Shown: one piece after another, positions 28,161 to 38,834 of the stretch
How the letters are laid out: the number at the start of each line of letters is the position of its first letter
Numbering within the stretch: position 1 is the stretch's first letter
DNA from: Nitrospirota bacterium
GTDB lineage: Bacteria > Nitrospirota > JACRHJ01
NCBI GenBank assembly: GCA_963845245.1
Contig: CAWJRJ010000014.1
Location: forward strand, 118,389-182,388
DNA: 64,000 nucleotides
Direction: 5' to 3'
Notes under the pieces: generated by a model
The model's input: only the letters and a program-made list of their open reading frames with translations
Told to the model about the DNA's origin: nothing
Database searches by the model: none
Made by a program: the position numbers and the translations under genes

Positions 28161-29679
28161 TTAGACGCTCCTTTATCCTGGGCAGGGTTATATTAAATGT
28201 AGAGCCTTCGCCCTTCCTGCTAAGTACCTCTATGTTTCCGCCGAAATCCTGGATTATGCCGTAGCTGACAGCCAGGCCGAGGCCTGTACCCTTTCCGACC
28301 TCTTTGGTTGTGAAAAACGGGTCGAATATATTGTCAAGTGCCTCTTCATTGATACCTTCGCCAGTGTCGGCAATCGTGAGTTCCACATTATCCGCTGTCA
28401 CGTCCGACGCTATAATTATCAACCCGCCTTCCGGCATGGCATCGCGCGCATTATTCAGAAGGTCAAGCAGCACCTGTTGCATCCGGTTCCCGTTTGCCAT
28501 AACCTTTGGTGCTTTTAAAGAGAGGTGTTTTTCCATCTTTATACCCTCCTTCAAAAACTGTTTTCCGACCAGAAAAATCGTATCCTCCACTATGGAGTTT
28601 ATGTCGACCAAAGACATCTCTGCATGTCCGTGGCGCGCAAAAGTCAGAAGAGCTCTCGTTATATCGGCAATGCGGCCCGTTTGCCTGTTTATCACCATCA
28701 GGTCGTCAGTATACTGGCCATCCAAACCCTTGTCTTTCATCTCCATAAGCATGCAATCGGTCCTTGCGGCGATTATACCAACAGGGTTGTTTATCTCGTG
28801 AGCTATACCGGCCACCAGTGTGCCGATGGTCGCAAGCTTCTCTGATTGAATCAATTTTTTCTGTGCGGACTGCATGGAGTGGTAGGCCTGCTCGCATTTG
28901 ACGCTCCTGTCCTCGACTTCGTCTCTTGACTTTCTCAGGTCGGCGATCATCCTGTTGAAAGACTGGGCCAACTCGCCCACCTCGTCCTTTCCGTATACAG
29001 GTACCTTCACGTTCAGGTCGCATTGGCCCACTCGTTCAGTGGCGTTAGATATTTCCCTTATAGGCGCCACGACGTTTCTTGAAAGTAGGGTAAGGAGAGT
29101 TATAGCAGATGCCAGGCTTGCCACAAGGAGCGATATCAGCATTATGGCGACAAGCAGGTTAGTCTCCGAGTTGACATCGACAGATAGTTGCTTGATCAGG
29201 AGCGCGCCGTTTACTTTTGCCAGTTTGTGACAGGTCCAGCACTCCTCTTTGTTAATTATTGGAAGTGCGAGGAGCCTCACCGATTCGTCACCCTCCTGGC
29301 TGAAATGCTCGAATTCCTCGCCGCTTTCGAGCATCTTGCGTATCTGCCAGTTATCTGTCCGGGGTCTGTCGTCAATGCCGTAGTGCATTACTATTGCACC
29401 GCGCGGATCAAGGAGCGATACGCTCTTTATGCCGTCGAATCCACTGACCTTTCGCAGCATAGTCCTGACGCCGTCGAGCTGGTTCACCATCATCGCGTGC
29501 TCAAGGTCACGCATAAGGGTTTCCTTGAAAATCAAGTCGGACTCTTTTTTTGTCTTTGAAAGTTCGGCGGCGAGCGAAAGCTGCTTGAGTACTATTACCC
29601 CTCCGGCGCTCATCGGAATGAGGAGCATGGCGGTAATCGTCCAGACGGTTATCCTGGTGCGGAGGCTTTTGAATGTCAT
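28081..29679 (-). CDS. Membrane sensor histidine kinase with periplasmic CxxCH motif and HAMP
   Basis: TM-periplasm (CWTCH)-TM-HAMP; AHEINNP H-box, N-box, [21 protein letters not shown]. Confidence 0.92.
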   Translation of the reverse strand: MTFKSLRTRITVWTITAMLLIPMSAGGVIVLKQLSLAAELSKTKKESDLIFKETLMRDLEHAMMVNQLDGVRTMLRKVSGFDGIKSVSLLDPRGAIVMHYGIDDRPRTDNWQIRKMLESGEEFEHFSQEGDESVRLLALPIINKEECWTCHKLAKVNGALLIKQLSVDVNSETNLLVAIMLISLLVASLASAITLLTLLSRNVVAPIREISNATERVGQCDLNVKVPVYGKDEVGELAQSFNRMIADLRKSRDEVEDRSVKCEQAYHSMQSAQKKLIQSEKLATIGTLVAGIAHEINNPVGIIAARTDCMLMEMKDKGLDGQYTDDLMVINRQTGRIADITRALLTFARHGHAEMSLVDINSIVEDTIFLVGKQFLKEGIKMEKHLSLKAPKVMANGNRMQQVLLDLLNNARDAMPEGGLIIIASDVTADNVELTIADTGEGINEEALDNIFDPFFTTKEVGKGTGLGLAVSYGIIQDFGGNIEVLSRKGEGSTFNITLPRIKERLIGTITYQDTCNRRRGGHAGELLQNHR

Positions 29680-29713
29680 TCTAATATGCTGTAAAATAAC
29701 GAAAAACTGTCTA

Positions 29714-29743
29714 ATTATAGCGGTGTTTTGCCGGGCAAGTCAA
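29714..29743 (-). promoter_or_regulatory. Sigma70-type promoter for the kinase operon
   Basis: Minus strand TTGACT-18 bp-TATAAT. Confidence 0.55.
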
Positions 29744-29831
29744 GAGAAATAGTTTAAATGGGCGGCAATCTGAATACAGTCTGGATATTTATGATAAAAT
29801 TATAATGAGGCATTTAACGAGGAGGTGGACT

Positions 29832-30302
29832 ATGTTAAGCGAAAGGCTTACAAAATACCTCGACGCGAACGGTGTAAAGTATGAGGTGCTGAGGCACGGA
29901 GAGGCTTACACCGCCCAGGAGGTGGCGGCCGCCATGCATGTGCACGGCAGGATGCTTGTCAAGGTTGTTATTGTCAAGAGCGAGAAGGGTTTCATGATGG
30001 TCGCCGTCCCAGCGGACAGGAGGGTTGACATTTCGACGCTTCGCGCAGACCTGGGCCTGCACTTCGCCGCGCTTGCGACGGAATCAGAATTCAAGAAAAT
30101 CTTTCCGGACTGCGAGGCGGGGGCTATGCCGCCGTTCGGCAACCTCTACGGGATCCCGGTTTATGTGGACAAGAAGCTTGCAGAGGACGAGGAGATAGTT
30201 TTCCAGGGCGGGACTCATTACGAAGCTGTCAAGATGCGCTATGACGATTTTGAGCGGTTGGTGGAACCACGTTACCTGGAGGCGAGCAGGCAGGCAGCCT
30301 GA
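29832..30302 (+). CDS. YbaK/ProX-family aminoacyl-tRNA deacylase
   Basis: H..AYTAQE.A, KVVIV, LA.E.E....FPDCE.GAMPPFG.LY; SD GGAGGT. Confidence 0.9.
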   Translation: MLSERLTKYLDANGVKYEVLRHGEAYTAQEVAAAMHVHGRMLVKVVIVKSEKGFMMVAVPADRRVDISTLRADLGLHFAALATESEFKKIFPDCEAGAMPPFGNLYGIPVYVDKKLAEDEEIVFQGGTHYEAVKMRYDDFERLVEPRYLEASRQAA

Positions 30303-30324
30303 TAGCTGCCTGCCTTGTGCATAT

Positions 30325-32308
30325 TTAACGGGGGGCTTCCTCTTTATCCTTGTCCCCCTTTTTCTCACGCTGGTTTTTCTGCTCTTTCTGGTCTTTTTCC
30401 TTCTTTGGTTTTTGCTTGCCCTCTTTATCCTGATCTGTTGTGCGTGGTTTGTCCCTCCTGAAGCCAGGCTCCCTCGTCTGCTCGGACCCGCCCCTGTCGA
30501 ACCTCTTTTCGGTCTGGACGCCCTCTACACGTTTATTGGGAGGCATAGTTGTCCTGGAGGGCGGTACAACTTCCCGGCCGGTATCCTTTTGAATGTTCCT
30601 GTCGCGTGGCAGGCCCCTGCGTAAATCCTCAGTGGTGCCCTGCTCCCGCTTGTCTACGCTTCCGGTCCCATTTCTGGTTTCAGGGGCAGTTTCAGGGGCT
30701 ATCACCCTTCCACGTTCTATCTTCTTTTCGTTGCCGCGTGTCTTTTCTTGTTCTGGCCCGCCCGTCTGGATTTCGGTTGCCGGGCCTCTGCCGCCACGTG
30801 ACTTGTCCTCCCGGATGCGCTGTTCTTTCGGCAGTCGCTGTTCTTTCGGTATGTTTACCTTGTCAAACTTCTTCAAATCCCTCGGGTTCCCTTCCGGGCT
30901 TGAAGACGGACTCTTCCGGCGCCTTGGCGGCCTTTCTCTCCTTTATGAATGACGCAGGCTTCTCAAACCTCTCGGGTGGCAGTGACCTCCTGTCCGGCCT
31001 GAAGTCCGGCTTGGGCAGCCTTGCTTCCCTTGTAGGCTTCAGCTCCTCCACCGGCGGTCTTCCGATAATCTTGAACTTCCCTCTGTCGCGGCCGGTAAAC
31101 GGGTTCTCGTCCTTGTTCCTGATAGATATCCTCCTGGTGTCGCCCCTCATGAAGTTGTCCCTATGGACAATGACGATCCCGTTGTTTACCCTGCTGTTGA
31201 TGTATACATTCGTGACATTGACGACCCTTGTCGTACGGATGTTCACGCTGTTCGGGCCGTAGTAGCCGTAGCCGTAATATACCTCACGCGGTGCAAGCGG
31301 CACCCAGCATACGCTGTCTGCGCCCCACACCCAGCCCACGTAGCCCGGCGACCAGTACGCCACAGGGGTAAGCGGCGGGACCCAGCACCAGCCGATGCGG
31401 GCCGACCATGACCAACGGCCATAGTGGAAAGGCGCGTACCAAGGGTCGTACGGCAGCCATACGTAGTCGCCCCCGACCCATACCCACCTGCCATTCGAGT
31501 ACGGCGACCAGTCCGGAGCTACGCCTGTCGGCACCCAAACATTTCCATAATCTGGGGTACTCGTCCAGCGGCCGCCCTCGTCAAACTCGTAGCCGTAGCT
31601 GCTCATGTCCTTCGGCAGGTAGCGAGCGCTTTCAGCGGGCCTGTCGTACCTGCTCTCCCTGGAAGCCACCCATCTGTCCCAGGAGTCGTTTCCCGGTAGC
31701 GACGATATGTCCACATAGCCGTCACTGTCTATCTCCGCCATCTCGCCGCGCTTGATGGTCGTGATGCCGTCGTCGGTCTCCACCTCGACCTGTCCCCTGC
31801 TTACGCCGACCTGCGTCGTGCCATCGGACAGCGCCGTTACCCGGAACATGGCCCTCTTATATACCCTTATCGAGGAATTGGGCGTGTCCACCTGGAACAC
31901 CGAGTGTTCGCTTTCCGGTTTGCGCACGAAGAAGGACGCCTCGCCCGTGGTCATGGCGAGCTGGTACACGTTGCCGTCCGGGTCACGTGAGAGGTGTGAC
32001 ATGTCAAGCTCGGAGTTGTCGTTTACCCACGCGATGTGACCGTCGGCAAAGGTTACCTCGATGTTTGAATCCTCACCGGCCCAGAGGCGGTCTCCTTCCT
32101 GGAGGGTGAAGTTCGGCGAGAGAGCAGACCATTCGTCAGTTTCCGGGCTTGTAAATAGCGCGTCATTGTTCAGGTATGTTACCCGCGCCATCCCGAGCGA
32201 GCTTGACTGGTCTTCGTCTGCCCTCGACACTGCAAGCGGCATCGCGACAATCAAGACAGCAAGCAAAAACGCCACCTTTACGAGGTGTTTCTTCCAGTTC
32301 GTCAACAT
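30325..32308 (-). CDS. Secreted FecR + DUF6600-type protein with charged C-terminal tail (frameshift near 30870)
   Basis: Signal peptide, FecR-like strands, G.W.....YG.VW.P, W.PY..G.W, PFHYG.W, W.PLAP.E repeats; tail continues in ORF 30325-30876. Confidence 0.8.
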
Positions 32309-32480
32309 GTTTCCTCCTGTGTGCTTATAATCCTTATGTTTTCAGTATAACATGTCGAATTTAATAAAATTATTGAATTTTATTAATATTAGGCCTATAT
32401 TTTTAAAGGATTCCATTTCTGTTTTCTAGTTTGTTAGACGAACGGCTTGGGCAAAAGGTTACCCCTATTCGGAGGATATT

Positions 32481-32879
32481 TTGGAGCTGAAAGACGACAG
32501 GCAATGCTTCGTGTGCGGGCAGGACAACCCGATGGGCTTAAGGCTCCATTTCGAGGTGGACGAGTCTGCCCGCTCTATAAAGACGGTATTCACCCCGCAG
32601 AAGGTACATCAGGGCTACCAGGACGTAGTACATGGAGGCATCATCTCCACCATACTGGACGAGGCCATGACCAAGCTTGCCTTTGCGCTGGGGTACAATG
32701 CCGTCACGGCGAAGCTCACCGTGCGGTTCAAGAGGCCGCTCATGGTAGGCGAGCCGGTGGTCGTTACGGGGAGGCTGGCAAAGGAGGCCAAGCGGGCTAT
32801 GGAGGCAGTTGCAGTCGCGTTGAAGGAAGACGGGACCGTGGTTGCCGAAGCGGAAGGGCTTCTGATGGTGGTGAGGTGA
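32481..32879 (+). CDS. PaaI-family thioesterase
   Basis: CFVCG..NP.GL, HQGY..VVHGGI..T.LDEAM, TA.L.VRF..P. Confidence 0.92.
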   Translation: MELKDDRQCFVCGQDNPMGLRLHFEVDESARSIKTVFTPQKVHQGYQDVVHGGIISTILDEAMTKLAFALGYNAVTAKLTVRFKRPLMVGEPVVVTGRLAKEAKRAMEAVAVALKEDGTVVAEAEGLLMVVR

Positions 32880-33305
32880 GTGTCCGTGGAAAATAAAGAA
32901 AGGCTGAACCAGATGCTGCTCGGGTTGTCCTACCTGACAGCGGCCATCCTGCCAGCATTCATTGTGGCTGCATTGGTCCGCGCACATAGCAAAGTCGACC
33001 TCTTCTTCTTCAATCTGGTAGTTTACTTCGTTCTATCGTTCCTTATAGGCTCAGTCCTGGTTTTGACCAATAACGGAAGCATCCTTTTGTATCGGTTGCT
33101 TTATGTCATGGCCGTCCTCCTTGTAGCGGTTGACGTCTGTGTCCTGGAGTATGAGATGCTGACGGTTTACAATATAAAGACCTATATCCCTATACCGCTT
33201 GTACCCTTGGCCATCCACGGATTTCTGCTTTACGAGTTTGTAAAGATTTACAGGGCAAAGTTCCCGCCCAGGGATACCGAAGAGACTGAAGATGATAAAG
33301 CCTGA
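32880..33305 (+). CDS. Hypothetical 4-TM membrane protein
   Basis: Four hydrophobic segments; abuts thioesterase stop. Confidence 0.7.
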   Translation: MSVENKERLNQMLLGLSYLTAAILPAFIVAALVRAHSKVDLFFFNLVVYFVLSFLIGSVLVLTNNGSILLYRLLYVMAVLLVAVDVCVLEYEMLTVYNIKTYIPIPLVPLAIHGFLLYEFVKIYRAKFPPRDTEETEDDKA

Positions 33306-33456
33306 GAAGGGAAAGAAGAAGAAACCGAACCTGGGCAGGGTACCGCTGCCGAACAAGCCTCCCAAGGTTGAGACCCCTCCCACCGTTTATAAACGGAGCA
33401 GAGATAAGAAGGTGCCGGAAGAAGAACAGCAAGGCGAGGATGGGAATACGTCTTAA
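33292..33456 (+). CDS. 54-aa basic/Pro-rich small protein
   Basis: Read manually: MIKPEKGKKKKPNLGRVPLPNKPPKVETPPTVYKRSRDKKVPEEEQQGEDGNTS; overlaps upstream stop. Confidence 0.45.
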   Translation: MIKPEKGKKKKPNLGRVPLPNKPPKVETPPTVYKRSRDKKVPEEEQQGEDGNTS

Positions 33457-33541
33457 GGAGCTGCTTCTGGTTTCAGGGATATTGCGAGGTTAATAATGTG
33501 GTAAGATGTGAATAAAAGATTAATGTCTTTTAATTTTTAGT

Positions 33542-33570
33542 TTGACTTTCCCTTAAATAAATATTAGCAT
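33542..33570 (+). promoter_or_regulatory. Sigma70-type promoter for C1 peptidase
   Basis: TTGACT-17 bp-TAGCAT in AT-rich intergenic DNA. Confidence 0.5.
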
Positions 33571-33620
33571 ACCCCAATATATTTTACTTAAGTTTTATTA
33601 ACCGAAAAAGGGGGGCTATT

Positions 33621-35135
33621 TTGAATCAGGGGAGAAGGAAGGCTGGAAATCTTTTCACGGTAGCATGTTTGTTATTTATTTTGGTTACTATATTGGCAGT
33701 CGAAGCCGCCATGGCGGCAGAGAAATTGCAAATAGCTCCGGTGAACCCGGAATTCACCCGGTATCTTTCAGAAAAAAAGGCAGGAACTTCAGGAGTTAAA
33801 TTCACCAAAGATGGCCACGCGTTAGGACTCGTTCCGGACAGCATAGACCGTTCTTATCTCAGGGCTTCTGCCGAAAAAGAGCTGGCTTCAGCCACGAAAC
33901 TCGGCGTCCTTCCTCCATCCCTCCCGTCATCCTATGACCTGCGCGTGAGCATGAAGGGCAAGATTGGACCCATAAGGGACCAAAGCATGTGCGGCGGTTG
34001 CTGGTCCTTTGCCACAATGGCTTCGCTTGAGTCAAGCTTGCCCAAGGGAGGCGATTTATCAGAGAACGACCTTCTCGACTCAAATGGGTTCGACGGTTCT
34101 GCCTGCGGTGGAGGTTATTACTCCATGGCTGTGGCTTATCTCACTAGGTGGAGCGGCCCCTTCCCGGAAAACCAGTACCCATACCAATATCTTAGCGCGA
34201 CTTCTCCATTGCAGGCTAACACTGCCGCAAAGTCTGCAATGGTCCATGTTCAGGACGTCCTTCTGGTCTCTACGACGCCTGATTCTGTAAAAACGGCGGT
34301 AAAGAATAACGGGGCAGTTGGAATTGGTTTTTACTGGGATGATATTTATTACAACTCCAGTGCGTCCAGCTATTACAATAGTTTTGGCAATACAGGAAAT
34401 GGCGGAGGGCATGCCGTCGCCGTAATCGGGTGGGATGACAACTATCCGGCGAGCAATTTTATGTCGACGCCTCCTGGCAATGGAGCCTATCTCGTGAGGA
34501 ACAGCTGGGGATCAGGCTGGGGTCAGAACGGCTATTTCTGGATGTCCTACTACGATGCATCATTAGACCCGGCATCCTATTACTTCAAGGGTGAGACATC
34601 GAAAAATTATACCCGCATATATCAATATGATCCCCTGGGTTATACGGTTGGATTAGGCTTCACAGGGGTGTCTGACGCTTGGATGGCCAACGTGTTCAAG
34701 GCTGACCAGCAGAGCCCCAAGATAAAAGCCGTCAGCTTCTACGTAACAGACCTGAGCGCATCATATGATATTTATATCTACGATAATGTCTATACCTACA
34801 CAGATGGTTCTACCGGCTACCCGGCTGCAGCGGCAACGGATGGCTATCCGGTGGCGCACCAGACTGGAGTGGCGTCTGCGGGTTATCATACGATTAAACT
34901 GACAACGCCCGCATCGGTTACAATAGGCACTAACTTTTCAGTCGTTGTACACCTGTCTGATAATAACGGTTATAATTATCCGATTGCGATGGAGATGCCG
35001 TTCAATGGATATAGCAGCCGCGCAGAATCATTGCCGGGCCAGAGCTACGTTTCATCCAACGGCAGCGATTGGATGGACCTTTACGGTGTTTTTGTCAACA
35101 GCAATGTGTGTCTTAAGGCGTTCGGAGGCAAATAG
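33621..35135 (+). CDS. Secreted papain-family (C1A) cysteine peptidase with C-terminal lectin-like domain
   Basis: Signal peptide; RDQSMCGGCWSF, GHAVAVIGWDD, RNSWG..WG..GYF..SYYD; YQYDPLG...NVCLKAF C-domain. Confidence 0.9.
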   Translation: MNQGRRKAGNLFTVACLLFILVTILAVEAAMAAEKLQIAPVNPEFTRYLSEKKAGTSGVKFTKDGHALGLVPDSIDRSYLRASAEKELASATKLGVLPPSLPSSYDLRVSMKGKIGPIRDQSMCGGCWSFATMASLESSLPKGGDLSENDLLDSNGFDGSACGGGYYSMAVAYLTRWSGPFPENQYPYQYLSATSPLQANTAAKSAMVHVQDVLLVSTTPDSVKTAVKNNGAVGIGFYWDDIYYNSSASSYYNSFGNTGNGGGHAVAVIGWDDNYPASNFMSTPPGNGAYLVRNSWGSGWGQNGYFWMSYYDASLDPASYYFKGETSKNYTRIYQYDPLGYTVGLGFTGVSDAWMANVFKADQQSPKIKAVSFYVTDLSASYDIYIYDNVYTYTDGSTGYPAAAATDGYPVAHQTGVASAGYHTIKLTTPASVTIGTNFSVVVHLSDNNGYNYPIAMEMPFNGYSSRAESLPGQSYVSSNGSDWMDLYGVFVNSNVCLKAFGGK

Positions 35136-35150
35136 CTTTTTTTCGTGGTG

Positions 35151-35186
35151 AAAAAATGGCGGCCCTTCGGGGCCGCTTTTTTCTTT
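35151..35186. terminator. Bidirectional rho-independent terminator
   Basis: A-tract, GCGGCCC-TTCG-GGGCCGC hairpin, T-tract between convergent genes. Confidence 0.85.
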
Positions 35187-35198
35187 AGCGGCACTCTT

Positions 35199-35591
35199 CT
35201 AAATAAACTGCCTCCCCACCAGGCTGTACACCAGCACCAATAGTACGAACAGCGTAAACCCCACATACATCAAGTCACGCTCCCGCAGGAACGCGACGAG
35301 CGAAATCGCCACCCTTGCGATGGGCGTCGCAATCAGCAGCAACAGCCCGAACTGGATAATTCCCCGGCTCTTGAAAGACAGCGCGTCCCGCATGATACCG
35401 TCAAGGTGCCGGAGGTCCTGGGGCTCGCCTCTGAATACGTGCAGGCCCTGCGGGTTGCCCCCGTAGTTTATGAGGTAGTGGATACCGCCAATCAGCACGA
35501 CGACGGCTGCTGTCACCACCCCGGTTATCAGGAGCCTCCCGAGTAGCCTGTCGAGCCGTTGTTCTTCCGCTTTTGCGGACTCATCCTTCAT
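35199..35591 (-). CDS. DUF1634 membrane protein
   Basis: LL..GV...., IIQFGLLLLIATPIARV....F..ERD..Y; partner of TauE. Confidence 0.88.
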   Translation of the reverse strand: MKDESAKAEEQRLDRLLGRLLITGVVTAAVVVLIGGIHYLINYGGNPQGLHVFRGEPQDLRHLDGIMRDALSFKSRGIIQFGLLLLIATPIARVAISLVAFLRERDLMYVGFTLFVLLVLVYSLVGRQFI

Positions 35592-36424
35592 ATATGCCCC
35601 TTTATGCCGTTGTATATCATCTCGACCGCCATGACGAGCAGTATCAGGCTAAACACCAGCCTCAGGCTGCCGACTCTTGTTTTGAACAGCGTCCTTGCCC
35701 CGATCCATGAGCCTGCCAGCACGCCAAGCATTACCGGCATCGCAAGGCCGGGGTCGATGAAGCCCCGGTGCAGGTAGGCGCCCGCGCTCGCGGCGGCGGT
35801 GACGCCGATCATGAAGTTGCTTGTGGTGGTGGACACCTTGAACGGCAGGCGCATTGCACGGTCCATCGCCAGAACCTTTACCGCGCCAGAGCCGATGCCC
35901 AGGAGCCCGGACAGGCCGCCCGCGACGAACATTATGCTGAATCCGGCCGGGACATGGCGCACCTTGTAGTCCTCGCGACCTTCCGGCGTTGGGTAGTCCG
36001 AGTCGAACTTAAGGCGCGTTGCAATCGGGTCGGGTTTCTCATCTCCCGTTGCCTTTGGCGGTTGATGTCTGGACAGGAATGCGGAGTATATGAGAACAAG
36101 TCCGAAAATAATCGATATTGTAGATGTGTGCATGCTTGCCGCAAGAAACGCACCGGCTATTGCCCCGACGGTCGTAGCAATCTCCAGGAACATCGCTATC
36201 CGGATATTTGTGTAGCCTTCGCGCACGTATGCCGCCGCCGCGCCTGACGACGTTGCGATGATGGACACGAGCGACGCCCCGGCCGCGTACCGGATGTCGA
36301 TGCCGAAGACAAGTGTCAGCATCGGGACGATTATAACGCCGCCGCCGAGTCCGGTCATTGCGCCGAAGAAACCGGCAAGCAAGGAGCCTGCCCATATAAA
36401 GGATGTCATCTCAATGATGCTCAT
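35588..36424 (-). CDS. TauE/SafE-family (TSUP) exporter
   Basis: GLGGGV..VP, ASL.S.IATSSG, SGLLGIGSG, KVS..TSNFMIGVTA. Confidence 0.92.
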   Translation of the reverse strand: MSIIEMTSFIWAGSLLAGFFGAMTGLGGGVIIVPMLTLVFGIDIRYAAGASLVSIIATSSGAAAAYVREGYTNIRIAMFLEIATTVGAIAGAFLAASMHTSTISIIFGLVLIYSAFLSRHQPPKATGDEKPDPIATRLKFDSDYPTPEGREDYKVRHVPAGFSIMFVAGGLSGLLGIGSGAVKVLAMDRAMRLPFKVSTTTSNFMIGVTAAASAGAYLHRGFIDPGLAMPVMLGVLAGSWIGARTLFKTRVGSLRLVFSLILLVMAVEMIYNGIKGHI

Positions 36425-36488
36425 GGCTTAAAGAATAACAGGAATTCGACAAAGGTAAAGCATTTCGGACAAAAATCTGTAACTTTTA

Positions 36489-36517
36489 TTGACTCTGCGT
36501 GCCCTCCGTGTTAACTT
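36489..36517 (+). promoter_or_regulatory. Sigma70 promoter directly before rnr start codon
   Basis: TTGACT-17 bp-TAACTT with extended TG; the A of ATG is 7 nt after the -10 end. Confidence 0.55.
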
Positions 36518-36523
36518 TTTCTC

Positions 36524-38834
36524 ATGGACATATCAAAACAGAAAATACTGGAGTTTATGCGCTCCCGCACGTACCGGCCCCTTCTCTTCAAGGAGCTGAT
36601 GAAGGAACTCGCCATCCCGAAGGGCGACAGGGAAGAGTTCAAGGTGGCCGTGCGTGAGCTGATACGCGACGGCGAGATGGTAAAGATACGCGGGGAGCGG
36701 TACGGCCTGCCGGAGAAGATGAACCTCGTCGTCGGCAAGCTGTCCGCGCACCCGGACGGATACGGCTTTGTCGTGTCCGAGAAGGAGGGCGAGCCGGACA
36801 TATACATTGCGCCCCGGAACATGATGGGCGCGATGCATGGCGACAAGGTGGTGGCGCGGGTGGAGCACGAGCGCATCCCGGGCAAGCAGGAGGGCCGCAT
36901 AATAAGGATACTCGACCGGGGCGTTACCAAGGTGGTCGGCAGATACGAGTCCGGGCGCGGCTTCGGCGTCATCATACCCACCAACCCCAGGCTGACGTAC
37001 GAGTTCTACGTGCCGCCAAGGGCAAACGGGGGCGCAAAGAACGGAGACCTCGTCACCGCAACAATAGAGAACTACCCCGACGTCCACCGAAGCGCGACCG
37101 TGACGGTGGAGAAGATAATAGGCAAGGCGGGCGACCCCGGCCTCGACACCGACCTCATCATCGAGGAGTTCGGGCTGGCGACCGTGTTCTCGCCGGGCGC
37201 GCTTGAGGACGCCGACAAGCTGCCGCAGGAGGTCACCGAGCCAATGCGTCAGGGCCGCAAGGACCTGCGCGGGCTGAACACCGTCACGATTGACGGTGAG
37301 CGGGCGCGCGACTTCGACGACGCGGTGAGCGTCGAGAGGGTTTCAGGCGGGCTGATCAAGCTGTACGTCTCGATTGCCGACGTGGCGCATTATGTGAAGC
37401 CCGGCACCGCGCTCGACATCGACGCGAGGGAGCGCGCGACCAGCGTATACTTCCCGGACAGGGTGCTGCCGATGCTGCCGGAGAAGGTAAGCAACGGGAT
37501 ATGCAGCCTGAGGCCGGACGAGGAGCGCCTCACCCTCACCGCCGAGATGGTGTTCAACGAGAAGGGCGAGCGCACGTCCTACGCGGTGTATGAGAGCGTG
37601 ATAAAGAGCGTCCAGCGCATGACCTACACGGACATCTCCGCTATAATCGAGAAGGACGACCCGGCTACCAAGGAGAAGTACGCGGCGCTCGTGCCGGACT
37701 TCATGCTGATGCGCGAGCTGATGGAGCACTTAAACGTCATGCGCCGCGAGCGCGGCAGCATAGACTTCGACCTCCCCGAGCCGGAGATCATAGTGGACTT
37801 GACGGGCACGACCACCGACATTATAAAGAGTGAGCGTAACCAGGCGCACAGGCTGATTGAGGAGTTCATGCTCGCGGCCAACGAGACGGTCGCGTTCCAT
37901 CTGGAGTCGCACGGCGTCCCGTTCCTCTACCGCGTCCACGACGAGCCGGACGAGGAGAAGATGATGGAGCTTGGCTCGCTGGTGAAGGGCATGGGCCTGC
38001 CGTGGCCGGGCGAGGGCAATATCAGGCCAAAGACGCTCGCGAAGCTCCTTGAGAAGCTCGTGGGCAGGCCGGAGGAGCGCTACTTGAACACTGTGATCCT
38101 TCGCTCTATGAAGCTCGCGAAGTACAGCCCGGAAAACGTCGGCCACTTCGGCCTTGCCGCGCGCTGCTACTGCCACTTCACGTCGCCCATACGCCGGTAC
38201 CCCGACCTGACCGTCCACAGGGCGCTTAAGGAACTGATCAAAAAAGGCGAGCTTGCCGGCCGAGCGCAAGACCACGATCGCCGGGTCGCTCCCTGCCCTG
38301 GGCGAGCATACGTCGTTCATGGAACGCGAGGCCGAGAATGCCGAGCGGAAGGTGGTGGAGCTGAAGAAGCTCCAGTTCATGATAAACAAGGTGGGCGGCG
38401 AGTTCGCGGCCTTCATATCCGGCGTCACCGCCTTCGGTTTCTTTGTGGAGCTTGAGGAGTTCTTCGTGGAGGGGCTGGTCAGGCTCACCGCCCTGCATGA
38501 CGACTACTATGAATACGACGAGAAGCGCCATGCACTTGTGGGCAGCCACCTTGGCCGGATGTACCGGCTCGGCGACCGCGTGCAGGTGCGGCTTGAGCGC
38601 GTCGACCTTGAACGCCGCCAGATGGATTTTTCGGTCATTACGCCGGACGACCAGAAAAAAGGACCAAGGCCGCCGGGCACCTCAAAACCGCCTGTCAAGC
38701 CGACCAAGCGCAAGGAGCCTGTCGAGGTATGGACACCAAAGAAATCCGGGAAAGGGAGAAAGTCCGATGGGAACAAAGGAAATAAAAAAGGAAAACGTGG
38801 GGGACGCGTACCAGGCCGAAACAAAGTACGTTAG
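36524..38834 (+). CDS. rnr: Ribonuclease R (frameshift near 38250)
   Basis: HPDGYGF cold-shock domain, TIDG..ARDFDDA, IEEFMLAANE, HFTSPIRRYPDL; S1 domain and basic tail in ORF 38253-38834. Confidence 0.95.
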
